Of a DNA stretch of 34,377 bases, positions 1 through 12,581 are shown one piece after another. Positions within the stretch are counted from its first letter, which is position 1; every line of letters begins with the position of its first letter. A program made the position numbers and the translations under genes. The notes below the pieces were generated by a model. That model was not told the origin of the DNA, ran no database searches, and was given only the letters and a program-made list of their open reading frames with translations. The stretch comes from a bacterium (lineage in GTDB: Bacteria > SAR324 > NAC60-12): assembly GCA_965233585.1 (NCBI GenBank), contig CBDDTI010000657.1:1-34377 (forward strand). Direction: 5' to 3'.

Positions 1-507
1 CACTGCTAGCACTGCGGGCGCTGGCGCGCGCAGTAAAAACACGGCGCTGCAGGGTGAAGACTAGGGCACCAAGCCACAGCGGGTGCCCTCGACCGGTCAA
101 TCCGTCAGATAGCCCAAGGAGGCGGGGAATTTGGGGAGATGAAGCAGGTGCATTCAAAGGAAGCGTTTGAGGGCGCAAGCCATGGCAAGAGAACATCGTC
201 AGGGTTGGCTGACATACTTCACTGATTTCATATCTACTTGAGCCATGCTGAGGTTCAGAAGATGTGGTGGTGGTGACAAATGCCTGTGCTAAACAGTGGC
301 AGCCGCAGAAAAATGCAGCACCCTTGTGCTTTACGATTCCCAAATCACTGTGGCAATTGCTTTGAGAACACTCCACTGGTGGTAAAGTTGGAGCACACCT
401 TTTGAACTGTTGCTGCTTGAAAAGGTCTACTGTCTATGCGCCAAGAAAGCGCCACATGCTTCAGCATGAATCCAATCTATAACTGCAGTGCGGGCCACAA
501 GATGTCT

Positions 508-3500
508 TCACTTCATGTACCTCTGGGGAGTGGAATTGCCACCCCTCTGCCAACCCGGCAAGACCGCTACAGTCACATACAGCACAGGGATGTATAGTAA
601 TTGTCATCTATGGAACACTCCTAGCAACTGGCAGCAAGACCGCCATGGTCACATTCGGTAAAGACGAGATGTTGTATTGTATTGGATCTCTTCGTTTTGG
701 GGGACCAAATATGGATACATATTAGCTGGAAGGACCTGAGGAATGTCATCAACACAACACGAAGCACAGCTGCGGAACAAGCTGCATCTTGCTCATCTCG
801 GCCACAGCGCCATCGAGGGCATCACGTTCTGCTTGCATTTCACAGCAGCCAGCATCACCTGGGAAGTCACTGCTGCATGGGATATGCCTGGGGCAGATTT
901 CCCTGATTTCCCATCGCCATCATGGCGATCAGTCCACCAGACATGATGGGATTCTCCACCAATCTGCAGACAGGCACGGCGTGATGGGATTGAAGAGCAG
1001 CAATGTAGTCGGCCTGCGAAAGACCCATCTGACCCATGAGTTGCTGGGGATGTTCCTGACACAAATTCCAGTGCTGCAGCTGATCATATCCCCCAATGTC
1101 CCCTCATGAACACCTTTTCCCAAGTCTTTCATTGAAGTCTCTAGCCTTTATTTATTTATTTGCTCATTTATTTATTTGATTCCATATGTCAAAAATCTTT
1201 CCAATGTCCAACTTAGCCCGGACTCCGTCCAATCCCCTATATCCCCTATCCATCCCTATCCAACCGCCTCGCTTGCGAAAGGTGTCTTCGGGTCGCTCAC
1301 CGGCTTCACCCGCTGACACAAGCAGTACTCGGACCTTGGCAGCTACATAATTGGAATGGCCCAAGCGGTCGAAGACTGAGACTGGGGTGCCACACATCAG
1401 GCTGACAATCTTGCTGGCATGCTCTTCCTGGCCACACAACCGATTTTTGAAGGCCGGACCTGTCAAGCTTTTGATGCATAGTTTGCACGAGTTTGCCATG
1501 TGTTCCGTGTTATCCGTGGTTCCAAACGTGCGATGGTTTTCAATGGCTGCCCAATGTTGCCCACCTTGGTGTTTACCCAGCGGGTCATCTGGTTGATGTT
1601 GAGAGGCGTCATGCTGGCAGAGAGTTCGCCAATCTGAACCATGGCCTACGGTGCAGCAAGCAGCTGACAATCTGCTTCACGGAAGATTGACTGCTGTGCC
1701 TTTTGGTACATTAGCATGTGGAAATCAATGGTTTTCCCCTGGGCAACGATCTAGAAACTACAAAAAATAGCTGTTTATCCGTTTTCCATATGCGCACTGG
1801 AGGCGTCATTGACCGCTAGCCTTCTTGATCGTTGCCACGGCCTCCTTGACATCAGCTACCAGCTTAGGATCGTCAAAAATGCCTGGTGTTCATCTGCTGA
1901 CGGAGGGCACAACATGGAAAAAGACCGAGGAAAATGTTGCCTGACATTTCGAGTATATCAGTATATGTCAGCATATCTCAGTATATATCAGTATATTATA
2001 TATATATATATGTCTGTTCAATATCTATATTGCATATCTTACAGGAAGTCTTGCAGATGGATTTCCGGCGGCACCGCATGGAACTTGGCAATGGCCACCA
2101 CGAAGGCGCAGGACCAAGTGAAGGGTGGACTCCTGGGATGCTGGTGGATCCCTGGTGGATCCCAAGGCGTCCCAAGAGGGGTCCTAATGGATGGCTAATA
2201 TCCTCTCAAAACTTGGAAAATAGGATGGAAAAATGATGAAAATAGGGCTTTAATGGGCTTTAGATATGCTTTAGATATTGGTGGGAAAACTTCATAAATC
2301 GTCCTTTCCAATTCTGAAAATCCGTGGGATCGGCATCTCCAGGAATTCCTCAAGGCTTCAGCGGCAGGCCTTCTGGATGTTGTAGTCCGACAAGGTGCGC
2401 CCGTCCTGAACGTCTCATAGCCAAATGCAAACGTTCTGCGAAGACGTGGCTCTCAAAAAGTCCAGCTTTGGTAGTCTACAGTTTGCATTGAACAGTAGCA
2501 CAATTACATCAATTGTGCTAAAATATCATAAAATTACAAAGTCTACAGTGTATACAGCACATAGATGTACATAGTTGTCAGGATCCTAGACCTCCTGGGT
2601 TCAATCACAAGTGGATGTCCTCCAGCTGCTTGCCAGCAAAAATCAGACGTTGCCTTGGGAGATCGGAGCCACCATGGCCATGATAACCCCGCACCCTCTG
2701 GAAGTTTAACATAACCCTCATGAAAATTACCTAAATTCAATCCCATTCAATTCCAAATGATATAATAATTACATATAATATCATATAATTATCTGTTAAG
2801 CATGACCACTTTCCACGGCGCTCTGAGGCCAAGGGAATGTACGAAAGCCAGCTGGCTGGCCATCCATATAAGATCGAAACATATTGTTTATTCATCTGTT
2901 GCCAGCGTACAGCGTCCTGTAGGACAAAAGTGAAGCATATCTCCGGAGTGAAAATGATAAATAGTTGAAGAGAGACAAGAACATGGGTAGAAAAACAGGA
3001 CCCCAAAACAGAAGCCGAAGATCGATGTTTTGTGTGGTTCGATGCATAGATTCGATAGAGAATGGGCAGACCCAAAAAAAGAAAAAGAAGAGAGAGAGAG
3101 AGACAGAAGCAGAGGCAGAGACAAATAGCTGAAGAAAGACATAGAAAGACAAGAACATGGGTAAAAAATCGCCAAAAAAAAAACCCGGAGATCAATACTT
3201 CTGGGGATTTCTGGGGTTCGGCATACAGGAGGGGAGAGATAGAAACAGAGAGAGATAGAATAAGAGAGAGAGAGAGAGAAAAAAAAAGGTTTGAAAAAAG
3301 GCCATACAATGATAAATATTATATGAATTGGATCTATGCCGCCATGTAGCTGGTCAGGTGGGATCCCTTCCTTATCCTGGATCTTGGCCTTCACATTGTC
3401 GATGGTGTCAGAGGCCTCTGAGGACATGTTTTTCGTTACCAGAGGCATTGGGTAAAAAATGTGACCATCATGGGGTGGTTTGAACCAGTGGATGTCAACC

Positions 3501-4455
3501 CCAGCTGCTCAGCTTTGATTATGCCCCAATGAGTATCCCAATATGTATCAATATGTGTTGATCGCTATTCCCATGTTGGCTACCCGGCTACCCTCAAGTT
3601 AGCACCGCTAGCGATGTCTACATCATCTTTCGGGGAGAAACCATGGATTTTGCTGCCGTGAAACCATAAATTCACCAACCAAACATTGGGTTGTCCATGT
3701 TTTTTTCCAGTTTTTCCCTGACAAAAAGGACAACACTTCTGGGAGAACCAACCGAAATGGGGGCATAGAACCAACCAGAATGGGAGTACATGGAGTTTTT
3801 CAAACCAGATACTACCCATTAACACCCCATCCCCATCCCCCCAGCCTCCACATCCAAAGTGATGGTCTTTCCCGTCAGAGTCTTCACCTCAGAGTCATTG
3901 GATCATCCCAGGAATCCCATGTGGATTCACCAGAGATCGATGCTGGCAACTTGAACCTATTAACTATGCCTAACTATGCTTCACCAAAGATAGGCTTCAC
4001 TAAGTATGATGTTTTCAAACTATGGTGAACCCTCTGAACTAAGCCAGTTGCAAGTTAAGGACTGAGTTGTAACTTTGGGGCTTCGGCTTCGCTAACTAAC
4101 CAGGCTCGCCAGTGCGACCCTCTCAAGATATATAGGAAACGTCTATAATTGACGAACTTCCAAAGCTGATACCCTCTGGTAATTTAACAAAACTATTGAA
4201 AATGACCCATCTATAGTTGATTTGCCTATTAAAAATAATGATTTTCCATAGCTATGTTAGTTTACCAGAGTGTAATTAGTTTGAACACGTTAAAATGTGG
4301 GTTTGGCTTGTTTTAACTCTCCAACTCAAAGTTAAGAAACCATAAGAAACCTCTGTCGTTAACCATGGTTTCCTGCATGTTTCCCCTAAAATCCCCTGAA
4401 CCACTCTGAAATTCACCCCAGCCATCAGCATGGGCCCAGCTACAAAGATCTGCAT
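508..4455 (-). CDS. sodN: Ubiquitin-nickel superoxide dismutase fusion, 13 exons, probable frameshift in exon 12
   Basis: Manually spliced exons: 4444-4455 MQIF; 3846-3887 [14 protein letters not shown]; 3351-3415 [21 protein letters not shown]; 2620-2653 [12 protein letters not shown]; 2370-2405 [12 protein letters not shown]; 2075-2132 [19 protein letters not shown]; 1821-1882 [21 protein letters not shown]; 1565-1645 [27 protein letters not shown]; 1396-1427 [10 protein letters not shown]; 1268-1334 [23 protein letters not shown]; 978-1013 [12 protein letters not shown]; 786-858 [23 protein letters not shown]; 508-520 MYMK*. This gives a complete 76-aa ubiquitin followed directly by the Ni-hook HCxxPCG. 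Exon phases are consistent except inside exon 12. Confidence 0.93.
4170..4274. mobile_element. ~100-bp MITE-like element with short TIRs and TA flanks, in intron 1 of the Ub-SodN gene
   Basis: taccctctggtaa (4170-4182) and ttaccagagtgta (4262-4274) are inverted repeats. A related copy lies at 5928-6031. Confidence 0.65.
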
Positions 4456-4889
4456 CTCGAATTTCTGCGGCTGCGCGTGTTTCCCTCTCAAAATCGACGC
4501 TGAAAAGAGCCCAGGCGGCGGGAAAAGAATGCATGGCAACTGAAACACGAGTGAAACCAGAAAAACACGTTTTCTCGGATCAAATTCCCGAAAGTCATCG
4601 AAAGTCCAAAAAGATATCCTGCCATTCCGAAAAAATGATTGGCCCTGGAGCCGACTTCCAGCTGTCGCTCTCTGAGACACTCAGGCTCACACCCAGAGGG
4701 GGATCTGTGGACCAGTCAGAAGTGATGTGGCCCCTGACGCGGCCGAAATGCGCCGGGGACACGCATTCACATGCCCAAGAATAGATAAAGCATCGGTAAA
4801 ACAATCAAATTTCACCAAGAAAAATGCTGTCGACCCAATCTTCACCCAGAGTCTCATGGAATTTCACCAAGAATGGCCACCCACGGGTA

Positions 4890-7800
4890 GAGTTACGCCC
4901 GCATGTTACCTGGATTTACCTGGGCAGTTGTTGGCTTTGTATGCCAAACTATGGGAAATGTGGTCTGAAGGTTCCCTTCTGTCCCATCCACCTGAAATGT
5001 TCAGCTGCCCCATTAGACCCATCCGCCGTCCTTGGCAAGAAATGCATGTGGTGAATCGGCCCGCCATCCAAAGGCGGCAAACTGGTTCTGTGCCGGAGAT
5101 GCCTGGGATCAGGAACCGGCCCTCCCATGACAAATCATGGAACATCCGTGGAAAGCACCAGCCAACACATTCCGACAGTATCTAGTATCCATATTATCCA
5201 TATTATCCATATTATCCATCCTATATTGTTCACTAGCTGCTCACTAGCTCCAATGCGTCAAGGCATGGATCGTCACCAAACTCAGAAGCGTGCAAGCCCT
5301 TGACTCGAGCAGTGCGGTCGATCATGTGCATGGACATGATCCTGTGCAGGAGCACATCTCACATCGTCTCACTGCATCTGAATGCCTTGAAAGATCTGAA
5401 AGAGAATACCTAGCATCTCTGGCCATCATCCAAGTTTTGGTAGCGAGCCACCAAAGCAGATGACAAAATTTCGATTTCCCAACCTGTCGTCCCACATGGT
5501 CGCAACATCCATGGCCGCCTGCGAGCCTCATCTGGAAGCGCTAAAGACATGACCAGTGACAGGTGGAAACAACATATTAGAGCCAGTCAAGACCTCATGA
5601 CATGGAAGGAAATCTGTGAAAAAAAAACACTCAAAGATTATATATACCACAGAAATATATAAATATATGCATACAAAATCATACAAATACATGCAAATAC
5701 ACATTATTACACATATATGAATATCGGACAAAATTACTTGTTCACTTTAATGCCATGCACAAATTCGGGTCGTCCCCTATCGGTAATTAGTGAGGATTTC
5801 TGTGTTCACAGACTTTGAGGCGACTCATGCAAAACAGGGGTATCGGTATAGGGTCTTTCCCTATCGGTAATGAAGGTTTTGCACACCCCTCACCAAAACT
5901 AATAGGCGAAGCAAGACTAGTATTACTTACCCTCTGGTAAACTACCATAACTATGGGAAACCACCATTATCAATGGGAAAATCCACTATTTCTATGGCAA
6001 TTTTCAATAGCTATCTTAAAATTACCAGGTATATTTACTGCATGTGCATATCATATCTACAGCTATCCGTTGAAAATCCGAGCAACCAGCTGATCACTCC
6101 AGCCTTGCGGCGATCAGAAACCTGGAGACTGGCGCGTCGTGACTGGCGCTGTGACAACTGGGCTCGGTAGCTCGACCAAATCCTCTGTCTGTCTCTTTAA
6201 CGTGTCTGATTGTTTTAACAAGTACACAATAATATACATAGCAAAGTATCATATCTATAATTAATATTATATATATATATATATGTGTGTGTGGCTTTAT
6301 GTGTACATGTGTGGGTGATAGATCATTTTGATTCATTTTGTATCTGAAAGGGACCCATCATATCACGGAACCCCATGATAGCCCATGGAATCCATGCGCC
6401 TTTCTCAGTCTCTCCGCCCCGCTGCATGTCAGCTATTTCGCCAGAAGGGTTGAGACACGCTTGGAGCCACAGAAGATCAAGCGATATCAAGCGGCCAGTG
6501 GGTTTTCAAAAAACTGAGGTGCTCAGGCCTGGCACCCGCAAATCAAAATGCTGCTGGATATTCATCACATTTCATCACCCTCAAGAATGGTGTATCATAC
6601 AACCATTATCAACCATTGCTTGATATTGCTTGGGAAGGCGAGTTAGGCATCGTCATAAAACAATTATAATCCTTCTATTTACTGTACCAACCACCCAGTA
6701 GAAACAGGACATCTATGAATCATATGAATCTATGGCATCACATGTTTTGATCCCCGAGTGATGTACTGAAGCACTTCCCTGGATCCAGATGAGTTACCTC
6801 TGGAAACAGCTGAGAATCCGGCGAAATCTACTGTTTTGATGATGAGTTATATCTAAAGGAATTCTAAAGTTCTAAAGGTATCTCCATACTGTCTATACTC
6901 ATACAATAAATACCATATAAATACCATATAAATACAATATAAATAGATACAAATAAATATTATCAAATAGTGTGAAATCTCCTGCTTTGCAAAACATCAT
7001 CATCGATGGCCATCAAACAGGCTCACCAAATCTCAGCACCGTCCTCACCACTGGGGCGAAGATATCAGCCACCTCAGCTTGCACGACCGCTCGTAGACGC
7101 TATGAAAACCGCATCGTGGAACATCATCTTCCATGCCCCATGGGGCTTGGATGTCTTAATGCGTTAAGAGGCTGTAGTGGCCATTTTTACCGGCACATAC
7201 ACATCCAAACATGACAGGCCCGAAAATAGAAAAATAGATGGGACATCCCCATGAATAGTGAACCGTCCAGTTGGGTTTGTATGGGTCATCATCTTACCGA
7301 TCTTCCCTGATGGAAGAAATCTTGCACCAGTTGATAGGTGATTTCTCCCACCGATTCCTTCCATCCACAGTATTCAAATGACTATTTGGGAGGAATACCG
7401 GAATACCCCATTTCGAGACACACCCATAAATTGGGCCTAAGGCCTAAGGGTGGCTTTTACTGCAAGCGCATGAAGGCCTGTCTTCAACACGGGTGCGGTC
7501 CGCAGGTGGATCTTGCACCGATTTCTACCGTCATAAACCCACGGCACTGGGGCTGGGAATGTGAGCATACCCGGCAGACTTGTGCAGCAGCGCTAAGCAC
7601 ATAGATACACAATAGATATACAATAGATAAAGTCAAGACCCAGCAAAGCAAGCCAGTGGACACACCTTATCCCAATTTCTGTTTGAAAAAAACCTTCGTG
7701 GGAAATGATATGTGAGGTGAGAATCTGCCAGGTGTTGCGAAACTGAGGTCTTCATGCCTTTGGCATTGAATCTCACTCTCAGTAAGATACATTTCCGCGG

Positions 7801-10800
7801 CACGACGCCTAAGTTGGGCAGAGCTGGAGCAGGCCCCAGGAACAAAACCATAGAAAATCAATAAAATCAATAGGATACAAAACTGCCATTTACAAATTGC
7901 ATGAAATTGCATGAAATTGCCCAGAACTATGCTGCACTCTTCAGGATCCAGTACAAGACGACATCTTCAGGTCGACACCGAGGTGCCCTGTTCAATTTAC
8001 ACGGCAGCCGCGATTCCGTGCAGAGAGCTGCGCGTCTTCAACGATCAGTGCCATGTGCACCTCGCTGCACTGTCTGTGGTCCCACAGCTTCCACCAAACC
8101 ATCACAGTACCATCCTTACCATCCAAAGTCATCCAACACAATTCGACATAGTCCTCAAAATAAACAAACAAACAAGATAATCTCAACATAATCAACATAG
8201 GTGTTCTATGGTGTTCTAAGAAAACTCCCAATCCTTCCACCGATACGTGTTAAAACCCGGCCCAGTGGCACATCTCAGTTCTTTGGAATTCCTCGAGTTG
8301 ATCCGGCCATCACCGGTTTCGCAGGATCATACCTCACAAAGGGTGGTCCCTTCTGCTCCTCCGACAGGCGAGCAACTGTTTAACTCAAGGCTAGTCGGGA
8401 AAATCGTGTTTATATAGTGCTTGCATCTTCAAATAGATTTAAAGCCCCCTTGGTGATACAGTATTATGAGATCTTATGCGTTCTTAATAGAGGTCCATCA
8501 CCATTTTACATCCTCAGGCACCTTCGACATTCAACATGCTTTGATGGCTAATGGCGAGATGATTCGCGAGGATAGCTAGCAGCGCCACCGCAATCCCCAG
8601 GACATCAGGGAAACAACATGAAACAACTCTCCTTCAGAACTTCCTTGTCGCCACAGTCTTTGAACCAGTCATAGCGCTTTTCAAACCTCAGCCGAAACGG
8701 CCGAAACCACAAAACACCGTTTAGGCAGTGCACCTAATTTCGCCAAAGAGCTGCTCGCAAACCATCCTCAGTGAGAAAATGTGAGTGACCGTAGTGACCT
8801 GATGTGACCTGCTTGGGAAATGCCGACACCAATGAAACCCAGCTGCTTGTGACCGTAGTGCTTCATGTTGGGATCTCGACCCAGCTCTACATCCGTCATC
8901 AAACGCCTCAAGTTCCTGCGGAACTGTTGAAACAACAACATACAACAACCATCTTCGGAAAAGGTCCCAATTGCATGAACTTGCCATCTGTAAATTTCAG
9001 ATACATGGTCCCAACCTGGAAACCTTGCGAAATTCCAATGGGAAATTGTAGGGTGATATTGCTCTCAGTTTTCTTGTCATTCCTGGTCCCACAAGTTTAG
9101 CCAAGACAGCTTGCAGCACCCGGAATTCCAGGTCGTTTCGCCTTTTGTTGGACCATGTTGGACCGTGGTCCGCGGTCCATGTCTGTCCTATCAAGCTCTT
9201 CACGCCATTTCAATCTTCGATTGAGTTCCTGGGAAAAGCTGGGAAACCCTCATCGCTGGTGATGCGCGGCAAACCTGCCGTAAACATCCTTTTTGGGGGA
9301 TGGCTTATCAGCCACCATTTCTGGTCATTGGGGAATTGTTATACGTTGGGGCTTCTTAAAGTGTATACTCCACTGTTATTATGCCAGTATATTCCAGTGG
9401 TTCACCGGCTCAGGTATGTGCGCAGTATGGAATATAGTTAGACGATTTATATCGATTATTTTCCCACTTCGCATAACTATTAGACAGATGGGTGAAAATA
9501 GCTGAACAATTTTCATCTGCGTTGAATCCAAACCGTCTTTTTGGCTATACAATTTCAGGTTTATGGATGATGTTTCCATCAATGTGGGTAAAATAAACAA
9601 TCCCCCAAATCACCATAAATAGGTGGCATAAAACATTCCCAAATTGGTTGTGGTTTATTATTCGGTTCAGAATAGTTTTTGGTGTTTTTTTGGCTCAGGT
9701 TTTGGATTTTTCTTTTGCTTTCTTTCCTAGTACCATTTGCCTTGTATTTGCAACAGTTTGGAACTAGAATCTGTCATTTTGCGTGGTATTTGCTACATTT
9801 TGGCATGATTACTTGGCATTTTTCATGGCATTTGCTACATTTGGCCATGTTCGCCTTCCATTTTGCATGGTATTTGCCACGTTTGGGCACTTCAACCTCT
9901 CATTTGCATGTTATTTGCTACATGTTGGTACTTCAAACGTTCATGTGGGTTTATTGAGAGTTTCTTTAGGGTTTCATTAGGGTTTCATTTAGGGTTTCAT
10001 TTAGGATTTCATGTAGGGTGTCTTTAGGGTTTCATTTAGGGTTTCATTTAGGCTTTCATTTAGGCTTTCTTGATGGTTTCAGTTTCATGTAGGGTTTCTT
10101 TAGGGTTTCCTTTAGGGTTTCATTTAGGGTTTCATCAAAGGGTTTCATCAAAGGGTTTCTTATCAGGATTTCCAAACGTTCATGTGGGTTTCTTTGGGGG
10201 TTCTTTAGGGTTTCATTTAAGGTTTCATTACGGCAAGACCCTGAGGTTGCCCGGGCTCGCAACGAATCAACGAGCGTCCGGGCAAGCCAAAATGACGACG
10301 ATGATGATGATGATGAGGAGGAGGGTGATGATGATGATGGTGGTGATGATGGTGATGATAATGATTTTGATATCTTCTTGAAACCCGATAAATAACCCTA
10401 ATGACTGTATGGTTAATTGTCCTATGGGGCCGGGGAATTTTGATATCTTCCTGAAACCCCGAAAGATACCCTAATGACTGCATGGTAAATTGTTCCATTG
10501 GGCCAGGGGACTTTGATATCTTCTTGAAACCCCAAAAGACACCCTAATGATTGTATGGTTAATTGTTTCATGGGGCCGGGGGAATTTGATATCTTCTCGA
10601 AACCCTATAAGAAACCCTAATGACTGTATGAAAAGTTCTTCCATTGGGCCGGGGGGTGTTGATATTCTTGAAACCCTATAAGAGACCCTAATGACTGTAT
10701 GGTTAGTTGTTCCGTTGGGCCAGGGGACTTTGCTATCTTCTTGAAACCTTAAAAGAAGCCCTCATCATTGTATGGTTAATTGTTCCATGGGGGCAGGGGA

Positions 10801-12328
10801 TTTTGATAGCTTCTTGAAACCCTATAAGAAACCCTAATTACTGTATGATTAAGTGTTCCGTTGGGCTGGGGGATTTTGATTTCTTCTAACCTTTAATCAA
10901 AAAAACTAATGACTGTATGGTTTCTTCCATATGATATGTAGAAGCGACATGTTCTAGGTATGTGATGTGTAACATAGAAGCAACATGTTCTGGTGAACAC
11001 CCTAGCAACATAATTGAACATAAAATCCGTCCCGTCGTTTGACGTCGTACAGAATTCCGTGGTATTTACGCTATTCTGGGCTTGGGCAAACCTCGGGGTC
11101 TGTGTGCTTCATTATATAAAGGTTTCTTATCAGGATTTCCAAACGTTCATGTGGGTTTCTTTGGGGTTTCTTTAGGGTTTCATTTAAGGTTTCATTTAGG
11201 GTTTCTCTAGGGTTTCATGTAGGGTTTCTTATCAGGAGATGTCAAAACGTTCATGTGGGTTTCTTTAGGGCTTCTTTAAGGCTTCTTTAGGGTTTCATGT
11301 AGGGTTTCATTTAGGGCTTCTTCAGGGTTTCATTTAGGGTTTCATTTTGGGTTTCTTTAGGGTTTCACTTAGGGTTTCTTTAGGGTTTCATTTAATTTAT
11401 GGTTTCTTTAGGGTTTCATTTAGGTTTCATTTAGGGTTTCGTTTAGGTTTCGTTTACGGGTTCTTCAGGGTTTCAGTTTGGGTTTCATTTAGGGTTTCAT
11501 TCAGGGTTTTTTTAGAGTGTCGTTTAAATGGGGTTTCTTTAGGATGCCATTTAGGGTTTCATTTATGGTTTCTTTTGGGTTAATTTATGGTTTCTTTAGG
11601 GTTCATTTAGGGTTTCATGTAGGGGTTTCTTATCAGGAGTTCTTATCAGGATTTCTTTAGGGTTTCTTTGGGTTTCAGCTAGGGTCTTTAGGGTTTCATT
11701 TAGGATACAAACGGGAGAGAATAAAGCAAAAGAAAAGAAAAAACAAAGAGGCAGTAAAGACGGGAAGCAGAGAAGCAGAGGAGCAGGAAGTAGAGCAGCA
11801 AAAACACATGACTAAAGAAAAGAAAAAGTAGAATAATGGAAGTAGAAAGGCACAGAAGCAAAAAAACAAAAATACAGAGAAGCAGGGAAAGCAGAGAAGC
11901 AGAAAAGAAAAGAAGCAGGTAAAGCAGAGAGGCACAGAAGCAGGAACAGCAAAAAGCAGGAAAAGCAAAAAGCAGAAAAGCATAGAAGTTGACAAGCAGA
12001 GAAGCAGGAAAGGCAGAAAAGCAGAAAAGCACACAAGCAAAGAAGCAGAAAAGCAGAGAAGCAGAACAGCAGAGAAGCAGGAAAGCATAGAACCAGGAAC
12101 CCAAAAAATCCAAAACCTGCCGCGGAAAAAAAAATAACCCTCCTTAGACCCTCCTTGATTTATTATTTTTACCCGCATTACAACCTTCATTTTTGGTGCG
12201 GATTTCCCAGCCATCTTCCAAGGTGCTGCATCCAGCCCCAACGCTTGCGACGCCCGTGGTGAATCAGCATCACTGCTGGGATTGGAGGGGGCCGCTGCGA
12301 CCGCACCAGTGATGCTACTTCCGGCCAT
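4890..12328 (-). CDS. Putative multi-exon host gene, product unknown, boundaries approximate
   Basis: A series of short AG|G-bounded open segments on the minus strand: 12328 ATG (MAGSSITGAVAAAP...), ~9190-9228 ELNRRLKWREELDR, ~8830-8915 NLRRLMTDVELGRDPNMKHYGHKQLGFI, ~8632-8686 FEKRYDWFKDCGDKEVLK, ~8010-8060 VHMALIVEDAQLSARNR, ~7730-7833 ACSSSAQLRRRAAEMYLTESEIQCQ. I did not assemble a full model. Confidence 0.45.
5928..6031. mobile_element. Second copy of the ~100-bp MITE family
   Basis: Begins taccctctggtaa and ends ttaccaggta; the internal sequence is similar to 4170-4274. Confidence 0.6.
9960..10225 (+). repeat. Degenerate telomere-like minisatellite (TTTAGGGTTTC[A/T])n
   Basis: Many copies of tttagggtttca / tttagggtttct. 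Confidence 0.85.
10368..10930 (+). repeat. 73-bp tandem repeat, ~8 diverged copies
   Basis: Unit starts (tgatatcttc-like) at 10368, 10441, 10514, 10587, 10660, 10731, 10804, 10877. Consensus tgatatcttcttgaaaccc...accctaatgactgtatggttaattgttcc...ggcc.ggga. Confidence 0.9.
11120..11703 (+). repeat. Second degenerate TTTAGGG-derived minisatellite block
   Basis: Dense tttagggtttca/ct units. It shares ggtttcttatcaggatttccaaacgttcatgtgggtttct with 10154-10195. Confidence 0.85.
11720..12095 (+). repeat. Purine-rich low-complexity repeat (GAAGCAG/GCAGAAAA)
   Basis: Repeated agaagcag and agcagaaaa units. Confidence 0.8.
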
Positions 12329-12360
12329 AGCAAACCTGCTGTGTGGAACATGGGAAAAAA

Positions 12361-12560
12361 CTGCAGCTGATTGAGGAAAACCATGGGAAAAAATGGTAAA
12401 AGGGGGATGCTGGGGACTGTGAGGTTATATGTTAGGTTGTTATGTTTTTATGTTTATCTTCAATGTTTCATCCTTTCCTTTGATGTTTTTTGCTATGGGG
12501 TTTCTGGGGATTTTTTGTCAAAAACTTTCACCTGATGTTTTGGTTGAGGTTGTTGTGTTT
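12361..12560 (+). repeat. Dispersed repeat, inverted homolog of 33850-34105
   Basis: 12388-12416 aaaaaatggtaaaagggggatgctgggga matches the reverse complement of 34020-34048 at 27/29. Patchier similarity extends over ~200 bp. Confidence 0.7.
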
Positions 12561-12581
12561 TATCAAGTATGTTTGTTTAAA

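Larger units (their letters stand above)
9663..12158. mobile_element. 2.5-kb non-coding satellite-rich insertion with candidate 9-bp TSD
   Basis: tttattatt at 9654-9662 and 12159-12167. Subterminal inverted motif caggttttggattttt (~9696) / aaaaatccaaaacctg (~12104). It interrupts a small element whose ends aatgtgggtaaaa (9581) and ttttacccgcatt (~12167) are inverted repeats. Confidence 0.55.

Noticed and set aside
2888..3448. ORF-track 186-aa protein with a ubiquitin fragment
   Set aside because: Only 3351-3415 is exon; the rest is read-through into AG-rich intron sequence.
9686..9700. Relic dinoflagellate spliced leader (ttttggctcagg; also cgtagccat on the minus strand near 34106-34114)
   Set aside because: Only 9-11 nt of the 22-nt leader match, and neither directly precedes a coding sequence.
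10070..10498. Poly-His / poly-Met ORFs
   Set aside because: Translations of a (GAT)n microsatellite inside a repeat element.
10368..10930. CRISPR-like regularly spaced repeats
   Set aside because: The whole 73-bp unit is homologous between copies; there are no unique spacers and no cas genes, and the context is eukaryotic.
9960..11703. True telomere
   Set aside because: Units are degenerate 11-12-mers rather than pure TTTAGGG, and they are internal, with unique sequence on both sides.
11696..12113. Hydrophobic Phe/Leu/Cys-rich ORFs
   Set aside because: Antisense translations of the GAAGCA low-complexity block.
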